64,000 nt of DNA, from positions 1-64,000 of IMG/VR virus record IMGVR_UViG_3300046557_000512; one strand, given 5' to 3'. The position numbers and the translations under genes are program-made. Shown here piece by piece: positions 10,079-19,864 of this stretch (position 1 is the stretch's first letter; each line of letters begins with the position of its first letter). The stretch is from a virus. Below the pieces are notes generated by a model that was not told the origin of the DNA, made no database searches, and saw only the letters and a program-made list of their open reading frames with translations.

Positions 10079-10594
10079 TTACGTCGCTGCGGGTGCGTCG
10101 TCGGTGACGCCAGTCCGCGCCATGGACGCAATGCGGCGCTGCCGATAATCTTCGGCTGTCGTCCGCGCGTTCTGCACGGTCATGCTGCCCTGCATCTGCG
10201 CGCGCGTCATGTGCCCCATGTTGGTGATCATCTCGGATCGGGTGCGGAACGCGAACATCGCGGCCTTACAAACGGTCTCGATCTCCTGGGCATCGATGAG
10301 CCAGCCGGTCACCTGCCGCACCTGGGGATCGAGATCGACCAGCTCTTTCACGAGATCAGCCGTGGCCTTCTCGCCGGCGGCCGCGAGCTCGCCGCGGATC
10401 CGCTTTGCGGTTGCGGCGCGCATCGTCTTGTCGAGCAGCTTGACCTTGCCCAGCTGTTTCTCGGACCCGGCGTGCTTGATGCTGTAATAGGCGCACATCT
10501 GAGTTTGCGTGCGCATCGCCTCGTTGAGATCGTCGAGGCCACCGTCGACCTCTTGAAGGAACTTGTCGACGTCGATGAATTGGTCAAGTTGCAA
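10079..10594 (-). CDS. UvsY-like recombination mediator (putative)
   Basis: Helical 171-aa protein between the polymerase and SSB genes, near recA; size and context match UvsY-like proteins. Confidence 0.5.
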   Translation of the reverse strand: MQLDQFIDVDKFLQEVDGGLDDLNEAMRTQTQMCAYYSIKHAGSEKQLGKVKLLDKTMRAATAKRIRGELAAAGEKATADLVKELVDLDPQVRQVTGWLIDAQEIETVCKAAMFAFRTRSEMITNMGHMTRAQMQGSMTVQNARTTAEDYRQRRIASMARTGVTDDAPAAT

Positions 10595-10635
10595 TGGGGT
10601 GATTCCTTATTGTGTGTGTGTCGTATACCATGCAC

Positions 10636-13600
10636 TTAGGGAGCGCAACCCCCATCGATCAATCTTTTGACCTGATTAAACAGACCGGCGAGCGTCTCGC
10701 GCTTGCCCTCGTCATGGTAGATCTGGCTTGGGTTGAATCCGATGATGACCGTGGCGTCCAGGTCTGCCGAGAAGGCCACCTTGCCGACGTGTTCCGCCTG
10801 TCCGCCCTTCAGGTCAGGGAAGAACATGCGGGTCGATTGAGGTCCGAGCGTGAGGATCACCGGCGGTTTCAGAATGTCGATCTCGCGCTTGAGGAAGGGT
10901 AGGGCGGTCGCCATCTCGCTCGCAGGCACCTCGCGCTCACCCTTCCGCTTGGGGCGACGCGCGCACCAGGTCCAGCACGCGTGGTCGACTTGCAACCCTG
11001 CGTCGGTCAGCGCAGGGCGGATGAACTCGACGAAGCTATATGCCTTAGGCAGCGGGTCGTAGTCATTGAGCGGCGCATCAAGGATCACCATGAAGCGGGG
11101 ATCATCACCGGGGTGGCAGGGGACCGCCGCGTTGCCGAGTGCGGCGAACATGTCGCCTGCCACGTTCGCCATGGCGTCGCCCGTTGGCCCGTCGACGGCG
11201 ATCACGCGCTCGGCGACCACAGCCTGGTCCATCACGCCGGGCATGAGCTCGATCTGATCGCGCTTGCGGCGCGCATCGGTTGCCGAAAGCTGACCTGGCT
11301 CGATGAGGCTGAACGCGCCGACCTTGTCGAGGTTCTCGATACCGCGGCTGGTAAGCACCCGGCCAGGCAGTCGCGCGCGGACGTCATCGATCGACACGAA
11401 GCGACCCGGCCCCCATTGGGTTTGGATCATCTCGCGAGCCTTGCCGCGCAACCCGTTCGACTTCTCCGTAATCACCGGCTCAGGGCTCGTGCGCGCCTCG
11501 ACGATCGCCTCGGCGCACTTGGATGAGACGTGCATGACGGCCGACAGCGGCGCTGCGATGATGACGTCGTTGATCGGCTCGAACATCGCTGTCGAAACGT
11601 TGATGTTCGGCGGAATGATCGTGATGCCATCCTCGTTTGCCTGCTTGATGATCGACGGCAGCTTGTCGGGGTGACTCACCGAGAGAGCGGCGGCATAGAA
11701 CTCGATCAGATAGTGGCTCTTGAGCCAGGCCGCCTGGTAGGCGATCAGCGTGTATTCGACGGCGTGGCTGCGGTTGAACGCGTAGCCGGCGAACTTCTCG
11801 ATCGAGTCGAACAGCGCGATCGCGGCGTTGGGCTGCATGTTGCTGACGGCTTGGGCGCCCTGCACGAACTTGTCGCGCTGCTGGGCCATCATGACAGGGT
11901 CTTTCTTACCCATCGCCTTGCGCAGCACGTCAGCCTCACCGGGCGTGAAGCCGCACAGCGCCCGCGCGGTCTGCATCACCTGCTCCTGATAGCAGATGAC
12001 CCCATAGGTGGCGCGAAGGACGGGCTCGAGGATCGGATTGTCGTAGGTCACCGGCGCGATGCCAGCTCGCCGCTCGATATATGCCTCGCACAGGCCGGCG
12101 TCGAGCGGACCAGGGCGGTTGAGCGCGTTCAGCGCCACGAGATCCTCGAATGTCAGCGTGTCTGATTTTGCCATCTGCTTGAGCAGGCGGCGCACCGAAG
12201 CGCCTTCAAACTGAAAGACACCGGCAGTCTTGGCCTTGGAGAAGACGGCGAGCGTATCAGCGTCGAACAGGTCGAGGCTGTTGAGGTCGATCTTTTTGCT
12301 GTGACGCTGGAAGATCAGCTTCAAGGCATAGTCGAACACGTCGAGCGTCGCGAGGCCCAGCACGTCGAGTTTCACAAGGCCCTGGTCCTCGCTCACGCGC
12401 TTGTCCCAGTTGATGACGCGGCCGTCAGAACGACGCTCGATCACCGCACGGTTGACGATGTCCTCGCCCGCGACGACGACGCCAGCGGCGTGCTGCCCGA
12501 ACGCGCGCATCTTGCCTTCAAGCGCGACCGCCTGGCTCCAGACAAGCGGGTGCTCCTCGGCGAACATTTCCACTTCACCGACGGTCTGCTTGGCTTCCTC
12601 GAGCGTCGCCGAGATGCCGTGGGTGTCGCCGATGAACTTGGTGATCGGCGCCAGGTCGAGGCGATCGTGAATGCGGAGCACCGATCGCAGCGCGTCGCGC
12701 GCGCCCATGGTGTTGTAGTTGACGATGCCGGCGACGCGCGCCTCGCCATACTTGTCGCTCAGGTATCGAATGACCTCTTCGCGGCGGGTCGACATGAAGT
12801 CGAGATCGGCGTCGGGAAGGTCGAGGCGATCCGGGTTGATGAAACGTTCGAACAGCAGATCGAAGCGGATCGGATCTACATCGGTGATGCCCATCAGATA
12901 CGCGACAAGCGAACCGCCGACCGACCCGCGGCCTGGTCCGACCAGGATCCCCTGAGCCTTGGACCAGCGCACCAGATCGGCAACCAGCAGGAAGTATTGG
13001 CTGAAGCCAAGCCGCATCAGCGTGTCGAGCTCGAACTTGAGACGCGGCACATAGGTGTCGGCGATCTCTTGGGGCGTCGGCTGGTGACCGAACACTGGCG
13101 CGGTGAAGCGCTCGCGAATGCCCGTCTTGCACGCCTCGAGGAGCGCGGCGTCTGGGTCAGTTGCGATGACGGGAAGGCAGGGGTCCTGTTTCGCCCAGCT
13201 ATACTGACACAGGTCGACCAGGCGCGCGGTGTTCTTGATGCCGGTTACGAACGCATCGAGGCTGGCCTGTGCGCCTTGAGCACCGGCGGTGTTGTATCGA
13301 ACGGTCAGCGCGTCCGCTGCAGACTTGGCTGCCTTGACCAGCGGCTCCACGGCGAGCGGCACAAAATCGGTCGCCGGGCGCAGGTAGTCGAAATAGGGAC
13401 GGTTCTCGGCGATCGACGCGTTGATCGAATAAACCAGCGCGTTGTCGCCCTCCCAGAACATCGGCTGGATGGTGATCGGTTCGGCGCCCATCGCTTGACC
13501 GATCGTGCGGGCGCGGTGGTTCTGCCGACTGAAATAGGGTGTCGCGCTCGGCACCAGCTCATAGAACACCGCAGCAAAGCGTGCCGTCTCGTTAAGCTGC

Positions 13601-14046
13601 ATCAGGTGTCGCGCGCTGTCCTGACGCTGCACAGCGCTCTCCAGGTCACCGGTCGTCAGCACGACATGCTCGGTCGCGACCAGTTCGCGAATGTCATCCC
13701 AGGTAACGCGCGCGTTGTAGTAGAAGCGATCGGCCTCGAAGCCGCGGGAGATCAGGCGATAGATCGATTGCAGTCCAACGAGGTCGATCGGCCATAGCTT
13801 GATGAAGCTCAGCGTCGCTTCCTTCTCGGCAGCGTCGACCACGCGGATGCGCGCGCCCACAACGACCTTCTTGCCGGCCTTGGCGAACGCCTTGCTCGCG
13901 TCGATCAGCGAGGACACGGACATCGTGTCGCAGATGCCGACGACGTCGGTCTGCAGATCCTCGGCGATCTTGACGAGGTTCTTCACAGCGATCGTTGATT
14001 CGCCGAGCGAAAAGTCGGTGCGGCCGCCAAGGGCAGGGTAGATCAT
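10636..14046 (-). CDS. dnaE: DNA polymerase III alpha subunit with C-terminal UDG-like domain
   Basis: GPGRGSVGGSLVAY, LLFERFINPDR, catalytic PDADLDF, HAAGVV, KLDVLGL, YAFNRSH; C-terminal FLKREIDILKPPVILTLG is a family-4 UDG-type segment. Confidence 0.95.
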   Translation of the reverse strand: MIYPALGGRTDFSLGESTIAVKNLVKIAEDLQTDVVGICDTMSVSSLIDASKAFAKAGKKVVVGARIRVVDAAEKEATLSFIKLWPIDLVGLQSIYRLISRGFEADRFYYNARVTWDDIRELVATEHVVLTTGDLESAVQRQDSARHLMQLNETARFAAVFYELVPSATPYFSRQNHRARTIGQAMGAEPITIQPMFWEGDNALVYSINASIAENRPYFDYLRPATDFVPLAVEPLVKAAKSAADALTVRYNTAGAQGAQASLDAFVTGIKNTARLVDLCQYSWAKQDPCLPVIATDPDAALLEACKTGIRERFTAPVFGHQPTPQEIADTYVPRLKFELDTLMRLGFSQYFLLVADLVRWSKAQGILVGPGRGSVGGSLVAYLMGITDVDPIRFDLLFERFINPDRLDLPDADLDFMSTRREEVIRYLSDKYGEARVAGIVNYNTMGARDALRSVLRIHDRLDLAPITKFIGDTHGISATLEEAKQTVGEVEMFAEEHPLVWSQAVALEGKMRAFGQHAAGVVVAGEDIVNRAVIERRSDGRVINWDKRVSEDQGLVKLDVLGLATLDVFDYALKLIFQRHSKKIDLNSLDLFDADTLAVFSKAKTAGVFQFEGASVRRLLKQMAKSDTLTFEDLVALNALNRPGPLDAGLCEAYIERRAGIAPVTYDNPILEPVLRATYGVICYQEQVMQTARALCGFTPGEADVLRKAMGKKDPVMMAQQRDKFVQGAQAVSNMQPNAAIALFDSIEKFAGYAFNRSHAVEYTLIAYQAAWLKSHYLIEFYAAALSVSHPDKLPSIIKQANEDGITIIPPNINVSTAMFEPINDVIIAAPLSAVMHVSSKCAEAIVEARTSPEPVITEKSNGLRGKAREMIQTQWGPGRFVSIDDVRARLPGRVLTSRGIENLDKVGAFSLIEPGQLSATDARRKRDQIELMPGVMDQAVVAERVIAVDGPTGDAMANVAGDMFAALGNAAVPCHPGDDPRFMVILDAPLNDYDPLPKAYSFVEFIRPALTDAGLQVDHACWTWCARRPKRKGEREVPASEMATALPFLKREIDILKPPVILTLGPQSTRMFFPDLKGGQAEHVGKVAFSADLDATVIIGFNPSQIYHDEGKRETLAGLFNQVKRLIDGGCAP

Positions 14047-14585
14047 AGGAGCTCCAGGACGGGGCCGGCGTAGCGTGCGCGACCCATTGAGATGAGAAAG
14101 GAAGCCTCGCGGCGAACCGCGCGCATCGAATAGCTTTCAGTGTGTTGGCGATGCTCGCGAAGTTCCGCAGCCAGGTCGTCAAGCGTCGCGGGTGAACTTC
14201 TCAGACGACCGACGACAATGCCGAGATTGCGTGACAGCGTCGCGAGTGCGTTGCGGTCGCAGGTGCGAGGGTCAATCTTGTCGCGACCACAGCGCGCTGC
14301 TGTCGCTTCGTGCGTCGCGTCGCGGTAATCATGCGCGAGACCGACCGCGATCAATGACTCATCTCGCAGCGCACGCTTGCGCGTCGCTCGCTCGCCGCGG
14401 GTCAGCCAGGCGTGGCTCATCGGCTTGCCTTCGGCGTCGTTGAAGCGGTCAAGCAACATGATGACCTTGGGGCGCAGGTCCGCCACGCGATCTTGGCAAC
14501 CGACGCGCGCGGGACAGCCTTGGCAGGTTGGGGTCTTGTGGTCGTAGGCGATCATCGAGCCAAAACAACCGGGTGGGCTTTGCAT
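14043..14585 (-). CDS. Hypothetical protein with Cys cluster
   Basis: PGCFGS...CQGCPARVGC putative Zn site; C-terminal winged-helix-like segment. Confidence 0.65.
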   Translation of the reverse strand: MQSPPGCFGSMIAYDHKTPTCQGCPARVGCQDRVADLRPKVIMLLDRFNDAEGKPMSHAWLTRGERATRKRALRDESLIAVGLAHDYRDATHEATAARCGRDKIDPRTCDRNALATLSRNLGIVVGRLRSSPATLDDLAAELREHRQHTESYSMRAVRREASFLISMGRARYAGPVLELL

Positions 14586-14622
14586 GTGTGTCACTTACCA
14601 TGCGCGAGCATAAGAGAGAAGC

Positions 14623-14654
14623 AAAAAATGGGCGGCCCCTTTCGAGACCGCCCG
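14623..14654 (-). terminator. Intrinsic terminator after the cobS-like gene
   Basis: Minus strand GGGCGGTCTC-GAAA-GGGGCCGCCC followed by ATTTTTT. Confidence 0.7.
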
Positions 14655-14698
14655 AGGTTGAGGAGAGGGATTTCAGGGCAACCCCCAAGCCCGTCACG

Positions 14699-15973
14699 TC
14701 AGCCTCCGAACACGCGCTGCGCGACCTGGCGCACAGCTTCGGCTTCTGTCTTGTTGAGGCGATTGATAAAGTTGAGATCGAGACCGTGGCGAAACTTGCC
14801 GCCCGTCGCGACGCCCTTCTTGGCGGCGCCGAGCACCTCGCGGGGGCTGATGGGCAGGCTGATCTCGCCCGCCTCATATTGCTCACGCACGCGCTCGGCG
14901 ACCTCGCGCAGCTTGGCGGCGATGTCCTGCTTCACCCCGATCCGGTTGATGATCATCTGGATCTCAACCTCCTTGGAGGGGTAGTCGATCCTGATGGACG
15001 TACCGAAGCGCGAGTAGTTCGCGGCGTTGCCGATTTTCGTGCCGGAGTAGAGGCCCGTATCGTCGCCCGACCCATTGGTATTGCCCGTCGCGACGAACCG
15101 GAAGTTCGCGTGCGGCTTGACCAGACGCATCGATGGCGGCGCCTCTTTGATGTAGAGCGCCTTGCCCTCGAGCACCGGCTGATAGACCGCAAGGACACCA
15201 GGGTGGGCGACGTCGTATTCATCGGCGAGATAGGTCCAGCCGTTAATCATCGCCACCGCGAGAGGCCCATAGTCGAAGTGGGTTGCGCCTTCGCGCACCA
15301 CCATCTGACCTATGATATGGCTTTCTTCGGTCGTGTCCGTGTGCTGGACGCGAATCATCGGACGATTGGTGCGCGCCAGGATCTGCTCGAGGAACGACGT
15401 CTTGCCCGTGCCGTGCGGCCCGTAGGCGTAGAGGTTGTCGTTGAGCGCGAGGCTCATCAACGCGTCCTTCAGCTCGTCGACGCGGAACACATAGTCATTG
15501 TCGATCTCAGCCACCGCCTCCTGGCTTTCGGCCGAGTTGCCGACCAGCACGTCAATCTTGATGACGTCACCCTCGGCCGCACCACGGCGGGGTGCGGTGC
15601 GCGCGCTTGCATCGAGCGGCAGGCCGAACACCTGATACATCGGCTTGCGCTCGACAGTGTCAGGGCGGGCGAACGGAATAATCTTTGCTTGGGCAGCCAT
15701 CTCCTGACGAACCTCCTCACGCTTCTCTGCTAGAATGCGCGCCTCAGCGCGATCGAATGCCTGCGACGTAACCGGTGCGTCGGGATACCAGCTCTTGTAA
15801 TCGTCCAGGGTTACCCCGCGGGGCGATGCGGTGGCGGCGCGACTAGCCTGGTGGTTGGCGTCAGCGAGGTGCTTGCCGATGTGGTGCACCGCAGCCCCGC
15901 AGATCTCGCATGTGATGGGGGATTCGTCGAACTCCTCGCTCGACCCCGCCATCGCAACATTGGTCTGTGTCAT
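14699..15973 (-). CDS. CobS/MoxR-family AAA+ ATPase with N-terminal Zn finger
   Basis: Walker A GPHGTGKT, Walker B YLADEYD, FRFVATGNT, NAANYSRF, ISPRE; N-terminal CEIC...HL...H. Confidence 0.9.
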   Translation of the reverse strand: MTQTNVAMAGSSEEFDESPITCEICGAAVHHIGKHLADANHQASRAATASPRGVTLDDYKSWYPDAPVTSQAFDRAEARILAEKREEVRQEMAAQAKIIPFARPDTVERKPMYQVFGLPLDASARTAPRRGAAEGDVIKIDVLVGNSAESQEAVAEIDNDYVFRVDELKDALMSLALNDNLYAYGPHGTGKTSFLEQILARTNRPMIRVQHTDTTEESHIIGQMVVREGATHFDYGPLAVAMINGWTYLADEYDVAHPGVLAVYQPVLEGKALYIKEAPPSMRLVKPHANFRFVATGNTNGSGDDTGLYSGTKIGNAANYSRFGTSIRIDYPSKEVEIQMIINRIGVKQDIAAKLREVAERVREQYEAGEISLPISPREVLGAAKKGVATGGKFRHGLDLNFINRLNKTEAEAVRQVAQRVFGG

Positions 15974-16067
15974 TCTAAACTCCTCGTTACCGTCTCTTGC
16001 GGTGATTCTCAGGTAGCAGCTTTTTGAGCGGCTGTGAATGGGTGTTATCTACTATGCATAAAAGCCA

Positions 16068-17327
16068 TCAGCTGACGAGGAAGCGCTTAAGCGTCGCCAT
16101 CAGCTTCGCCGGCATTTCCTGGAGGTTCTGAATGACCATCGAGTTGGGATAGTAGTTCGTCACGCCGGCGTGCTGGATGCCGACCCCGACGATATCGACA
16201 CCGGCCGCGGCCACTGCCTTGACGGTCTCGGCCGCATGCGCGGGATAGCTCATCGCCCTATGTGACTTTCTCGGCCCCTGGGGTAGGCCATCCGACAGAA
16301 CGATCATCAGCTTGCGCTTGGCTCGCTGCTCGATCAGGCGGCGAGCGGCGAAGTCCACCGCGCAGCCTTCGATCGTGCTGCCCATCGCGATCGCGCCGGC
16401 GGTGTTGTAGACTGCGGCGAACCGACGCTGGATGTCGATCGTGAACGGCTCGCCGAACTCTTTGAACCGGGGGTAGGAAAGCGGCGTAAAGCGGGAGATT
16501 GGCGCGAGCGCGTCGGCATGGTCGACCTCAGCCATATATGCCGCGTCAGGCTGGAAGTGCAGCGTCGTGTAGCCGAGCACCTCGAACGGCACGCCGATGC
16601 GATGAAGCACCGATGCGATTGCATAGGCGGACTTTGTCGCCAGCGCGATCCTGGAGCTGCGGTGAGAGCCGCCATTGTAATTGTTGCCCATTGAGCCGGA
16701 GCAGTCGATCACCAGACTGACAGCCGTGTCGAGCGCGAGCGCTTCCTGCTTGCGATAGAACACGCGGTCATCGCCGCTCACGACGCGGTGAAGCGACGAG
16801 CTGTTTAGCTTTCCCTTGCGCTGCCCCGGCAACCGCACCGATTGCGTGCGGGCTGCGATCAGGCGCGTCAGTTCCTTCTGCAGCGGGCCGACGACCGAGG
16901 CGGTGTCGTTCTGCAGGAACTCGAGGGACACGCCGTGCGTGCCAATGTCGGTGAGCTCGTCCAGGTCCTTCGTGAATACGCGATAGGGCTGGTCCGTCTC
17001 GGCGATCGAGCGCTCGATGAACGCCGACAACATCTCGTCCATGTCCATCAGCTGGTCGGTGTCGATGTTGATGGGTGTGTCCTGCCCGACGTTCGTGTCG
17101 GAGCTGCCTGCGCCTCCGATGCCTTCGTCGGGGATCTCTACGCCGTCATCGTCGTCAGTCCAGGCGCCCAGCTGATCCTCGATGTCGCGCATCTCAATCA
17201 GGTGGTCAGCAAAGGCGCTGTCGCTGACCGCGAGCGCTTCCAGATCGCCCTTCAACGCGTCGGGCCAGGCCGACGAATAGGGTCCGTAGCTATCGACGAT
17301 ATCGACCGCAGAATGAAAGTCCAGCAC
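16068..17327 (-). CDS. CobT-like VWA protein (C-half) with N-terminal anti-sigma-like helical domain
   Basis: YRVFTKDLD, RKGKLNSSSL...DDRVF, MIDAS DCSGSM, EVLGYT, IVLSDG, VGVGI. Confidence 0.88.
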   Translation of the reverse strand: MLDFHSAVDIVDSYGPYSSAWPDALKGDLEALAVSDSAFADHLIEMRDIEDQLGAWTDDDDGVEIPDEGIGGAGSSDTNVGQDTPINIDTDQLMDMDEMLSAFIERSIAETDQPYRVFTKDLDELTDIGTHGVSLEFLQNDTASVVGPLQKELTRLIAARTQSVRLPGQRKGKLNSSSLHRVVSGDDRVFYRKQEALALDTAVSLVIDCSGSMGNNYNGGSHRSSRIALATKSAYAIASVLHRIGVPFEVLGYTTLHFQPDAAYMAEVDHADALAPISRFTPLSYPRFKEFGEPFTIDIQRRFAAVYNTAGAIAMGSTIEGCAVDFAARRLIEQRAKRKLMIVLSDGLPQGPRKSHRAMSYPAHAAETVKAVAAAGVDIVGVGIQHAGVTNYYPNSMVIQNLQEMPAKLMATLKRFLVS

Positions 17328-17330
17328 GCT

Positions 17331-18638
17331 CTAGCTCCTCAAAATCCGTGCGAGTTCGCGACGAGCGTCCCGCAGCATCTGTTCGACCTCCGAAACACCG
17401 ACGTTCAATTCGCCCGCAATTTCGTCGACCGACTTCTTGAGCTTCTTCTGCATGAAAAGAGCGCGTCTGAGGGTGGGATCGAGCATCGCCAGCGCATCCG
17501 TCATCGTGACGTTGCGGTCGCCATCCTCATCGCTGCCGGCAGGCTCGTCATCATCGCGGTCGCCTTGGTCATTTCCAGACCCAGACGATCCGCCGCCGCA
17601 GTTATCCTGTGGACCGTCGTCGCCATCTCCCTCATCAGCGCCGTCTTGCCCATCGTCCGTGTCGTCAGCATCATCCGATTCGGTGCCGGCGCCGTCATCA
17701 TCGCTCTGGTCATCGCCAGCTGGCTCACCGTCGTCAGGCTCACCGCCTTCATCAGACGCATCGCCTTCGTCATCATCGCCCCCTTCGCTGTCATCACCTT
17801 CGTCTTCGCCGTCAGCGCCGGGCTCAGTGCCAGGCTCGTCGTCATCGTTCGGCTGCGTGTCGTTCTCGGCATCGTCCTCGCGCTCGCCTTGGCCGTCGCC
17901 GTCGCCCTTCTGGGGCTCGTCGTCCTGTTCGGGCTCATCATCCTGATTGTCGTCACTGGGGGGCGGGGGAGGAGGGGCGGGAGGAGCCGGCGGTGGCGGG
18001 GGAGGGGGTGGAGGCGTGAGAGCCTTGTCGAGCGCGAGGACGCACGCCAGCACGTCGTCATAGGTTTCCATCGCCTGGATCTGCGTGCCGAAGCCCGGCA
18101 GGCGATCGAGCAGCGGCTTCATGTGTGGCCAATAGGCGTTGCGGTCCATCAGATCGATGAAGACCTTCTGGCCTCCTAGCGCGCGCATTGTCGGCACGAG
18201 AAGCACCGCGGCGATGTGTGACGGGTCTTTGGCCTCGATCGCCTTGTCAACGCCTGGCTGGATCAAAAGCGGGATCCAGTTCACATACATCCGCTCCAGA
18301 TTGTCTTTGGTGCCGGGCAGGTCGCGCGGCAGCATCTTCTCGAGGCGGATATCCTCGAAGATATTGGCCAGTTTGGCCCGCGAGTTGTCATTGGGGATAC
18401 GCTTGAACGGCGTATAGAAGATGTGGCCACACTCGTGATCGACATAGCCCTGGAGCGCGTCGATCAGCATCTGCGACGGCTCGTCGGGGATCTCGGGGAG
18501 ATTGAGGTGCGAGACCTTGCCCGTGCGCTTGTCGGCCGCGACGTAAGGTGTGACACCGCGGAAGGTGACCTTGACGCCCCGTCGTGTCAGCATGCTGACG
18601 GTGCGCTTTAGCGCCTCCTTCCTGATACTCGTTTGCAT
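17331..18638 (-). CDS. CobT-like N-half (HExxH domain, acidic linker) ending in a sigma-70 region-4-like HTH
   Basis: GYVDHECGH and NIFEDIRLE motifs, poly-Pro and D/E/G linker, C-terminal DALAMLDPTLRRALFM...SVDEIAGELNVGVSEVEQMLRDARRELARIL; GAGGAG RBS before ATG 18638. Confidence 0.85.
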   Translation of the reverse strand: MQTSIRKEALKRTVSMLTRRGVKVTFRGVTPYVAADKRTGKVSHLNLPEIPDEPSQMLIDALQGYVDHECGHIFYTPFKRIPNDNSRAKLANIFEDIRLEKMLPRDLPGTKDNLERMYVNWIPLLIQPGVDKAIEAKDPSHIAAVLLVPTMRALGGQKVFIDLMDRNAYWPHMKPLLDRLPGFGTQIQAMETYDDVLACVLALDKALTPPPPPPPPPAPPAPPPPPPSDDNQDDEPEQDDEPQKGDGDGQGEREDDAENDTQPNDDDEPGTEPGADGEDEGDDSEGGDDDEGDASDEGGEPDDGEPAGDDQSDDDGAGTESDDADDTDDGQDGADEGDGDDGPQDNCGGGSSGSGNDQGDRDDDEPAGSDEDGDRNVTMTDALAMLDPTLRRALFMQKKLKKSVDEIAGELNVGVSEVEQMLRDARRELARILRS

Positions 18639-18681
18639 GTCGCTCCTCGTGCGTGTGTGTTGTTCTATATGCACTCACTAG

Positions 18682-18724
18682 CACAAAGCAGCGATCGCAC
18701 AAGCTGGCGATCGCGGCTTTTGTG
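18682..18724. terminator. Hairpin, possible terminator upstream of the cobT-like operon
   Basis: CACAAAGCAGCGATCGC...GCGATCGCGGCTTTTGTG imperfect inverted repeat. Confidence 0.45.
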
Positions 18725-18728
18725 TGGG

Positions 18729-18935
18729 TCATGATCTGGGGACGACGTGGATCGCGACCGATGTGCCGTCGGGGCCTCGATACGCGATCCTATCGATGTC
18801 GAAGATTGCTATGCCACCGGCGTCGAGGAATTGCCGCCTCGTAGGATGTGCCGCCGCGTCGATCTCGGCGAACTCGTCGAAGGGCAGGGGCTCCAGCAAG
18901 AGCTGGAATGCGTAGAGCTGTTGGTCGGTCTGCAC
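18729..18935 (-). CDS. Small hypothetical protein
   Basis: AGGAGG RBS before the GTG start. Confidence 0.55.
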   Translation of the reverse strand: MQTDQQLYAFQLLLEPLPFDEFAEIDAAAHPTRRQFLDAGGIAIFDIDRIAYRGPDGTSVAIHVVPRS

Positions 18936-18991
18936 GTTGTCCTCCTTGGAGAATCAGGCGTGCAGACGCGCATCCAACATTGCAACCGCGA

Positions 18992-19588
18992 TTAGATCGC
19001 GGTCACTGCCTCTTTGAGGGCACGGCGCTGCTTGGGATCCAAGCCATTTTCGACCAGCTCGGGTCGACTTTCCCGAATGACATCCATGATGCCGAGCTCG
19101 GGGATAGTCAGCCAGCGTCGGATCGCCCGCGAGTCCGCGGCCGCTTCCTTCAGCACGCCGTAGTGGTCGCGCGACAGATTCGACAACGGGATGCCGGCGG
19201 CGGCTTGCAGGTCGTCGAAGACCATCTGTTCGTCGTCAGCCATACCCTTAGCCAGGTTCGCCTTCGAGCCCACCAGAATGCGCAGGAAGTCGATGTTGGG
19301 ATATCGCTGCTCAAGCACGGCCAGCAGGAACTCAGCCGCGTCGAGCTTGATGAGCCGAACGAAGTCCGGCACACGCTCGATCGGGATCGGGGCTCGGCCG
19401 CTCGCCATGTGGCTGATCACGACAGACGACTTGTAGCCGAGGTTCTTCGCCAGGGCTCGCTGGCTGATGCCAGAGTCCCTGTCGAGTTTCTCGACGCCGT
19501 CCTTGAACATCCTCGACGCTTTGGTGTGCGCCAGGGGATAGTCGTCGTTCTGTGCTGCGGTCGGCAGCTTGATAACACTTGCGCTCAT
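18992..19588 (-). CDS. XRE-family HTH transcriptional regulator (candidate repressor)
   Basis: ISQRALAKNLGYKSSVVISHMASGRAPIPIERV is a typical XRE HTH; located next to the replicon. Confidence 0.8.
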   Translation of the reverse strand: MSASVIKLPTAAQNDDYPLAHTKASRMFKDGVEKLDRDSGISQRALAKNLGYKSSVVISHMASGRAPIPIERVPDFVRLIKLDAAEFLLAVLEQRYPNIDFLRILVGSKANLAKGMADDEQMVFDDLQAAAGIPLSNLSRDHYGVLKEAAADSRAIRRWLTIPELGIMDVIRESRPELVENGLDPKQRRALKEAVTAI

Positions 19589-19864
19589 TTTCTTTCTTAC
19601 TCCGTCCAATGTTGTGTAGAACGGTATGCAGGTGTTTGATAGCTGCTTCACACACACCCCGCAAGGGGAGAAATGCGCAAGTCAGTCGCCGCAATTCTGC
19701 GAACGAATAGTGAACACCATGCGCGAGATCGCCGCACGGACGGAGCCCCTTCAGGGGCGGAGCTCCGTTCGGGCGGCGCGGTTAAGAGTCACTGTTTGAA
19801 TCTATTTGTTACAGAGTTAGGGTTGCAATTCGCACGTAATTACAAAGCGCTGCGATGCAACATC

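Noticed and set aside
14699-18638. Cobalamin biosynthesis (cobaltochelatase) function
   Set aside because: No CobN or other cob genes; phage CobS/CobT-like AAA-VWA pairs occur commonly without that pathway.
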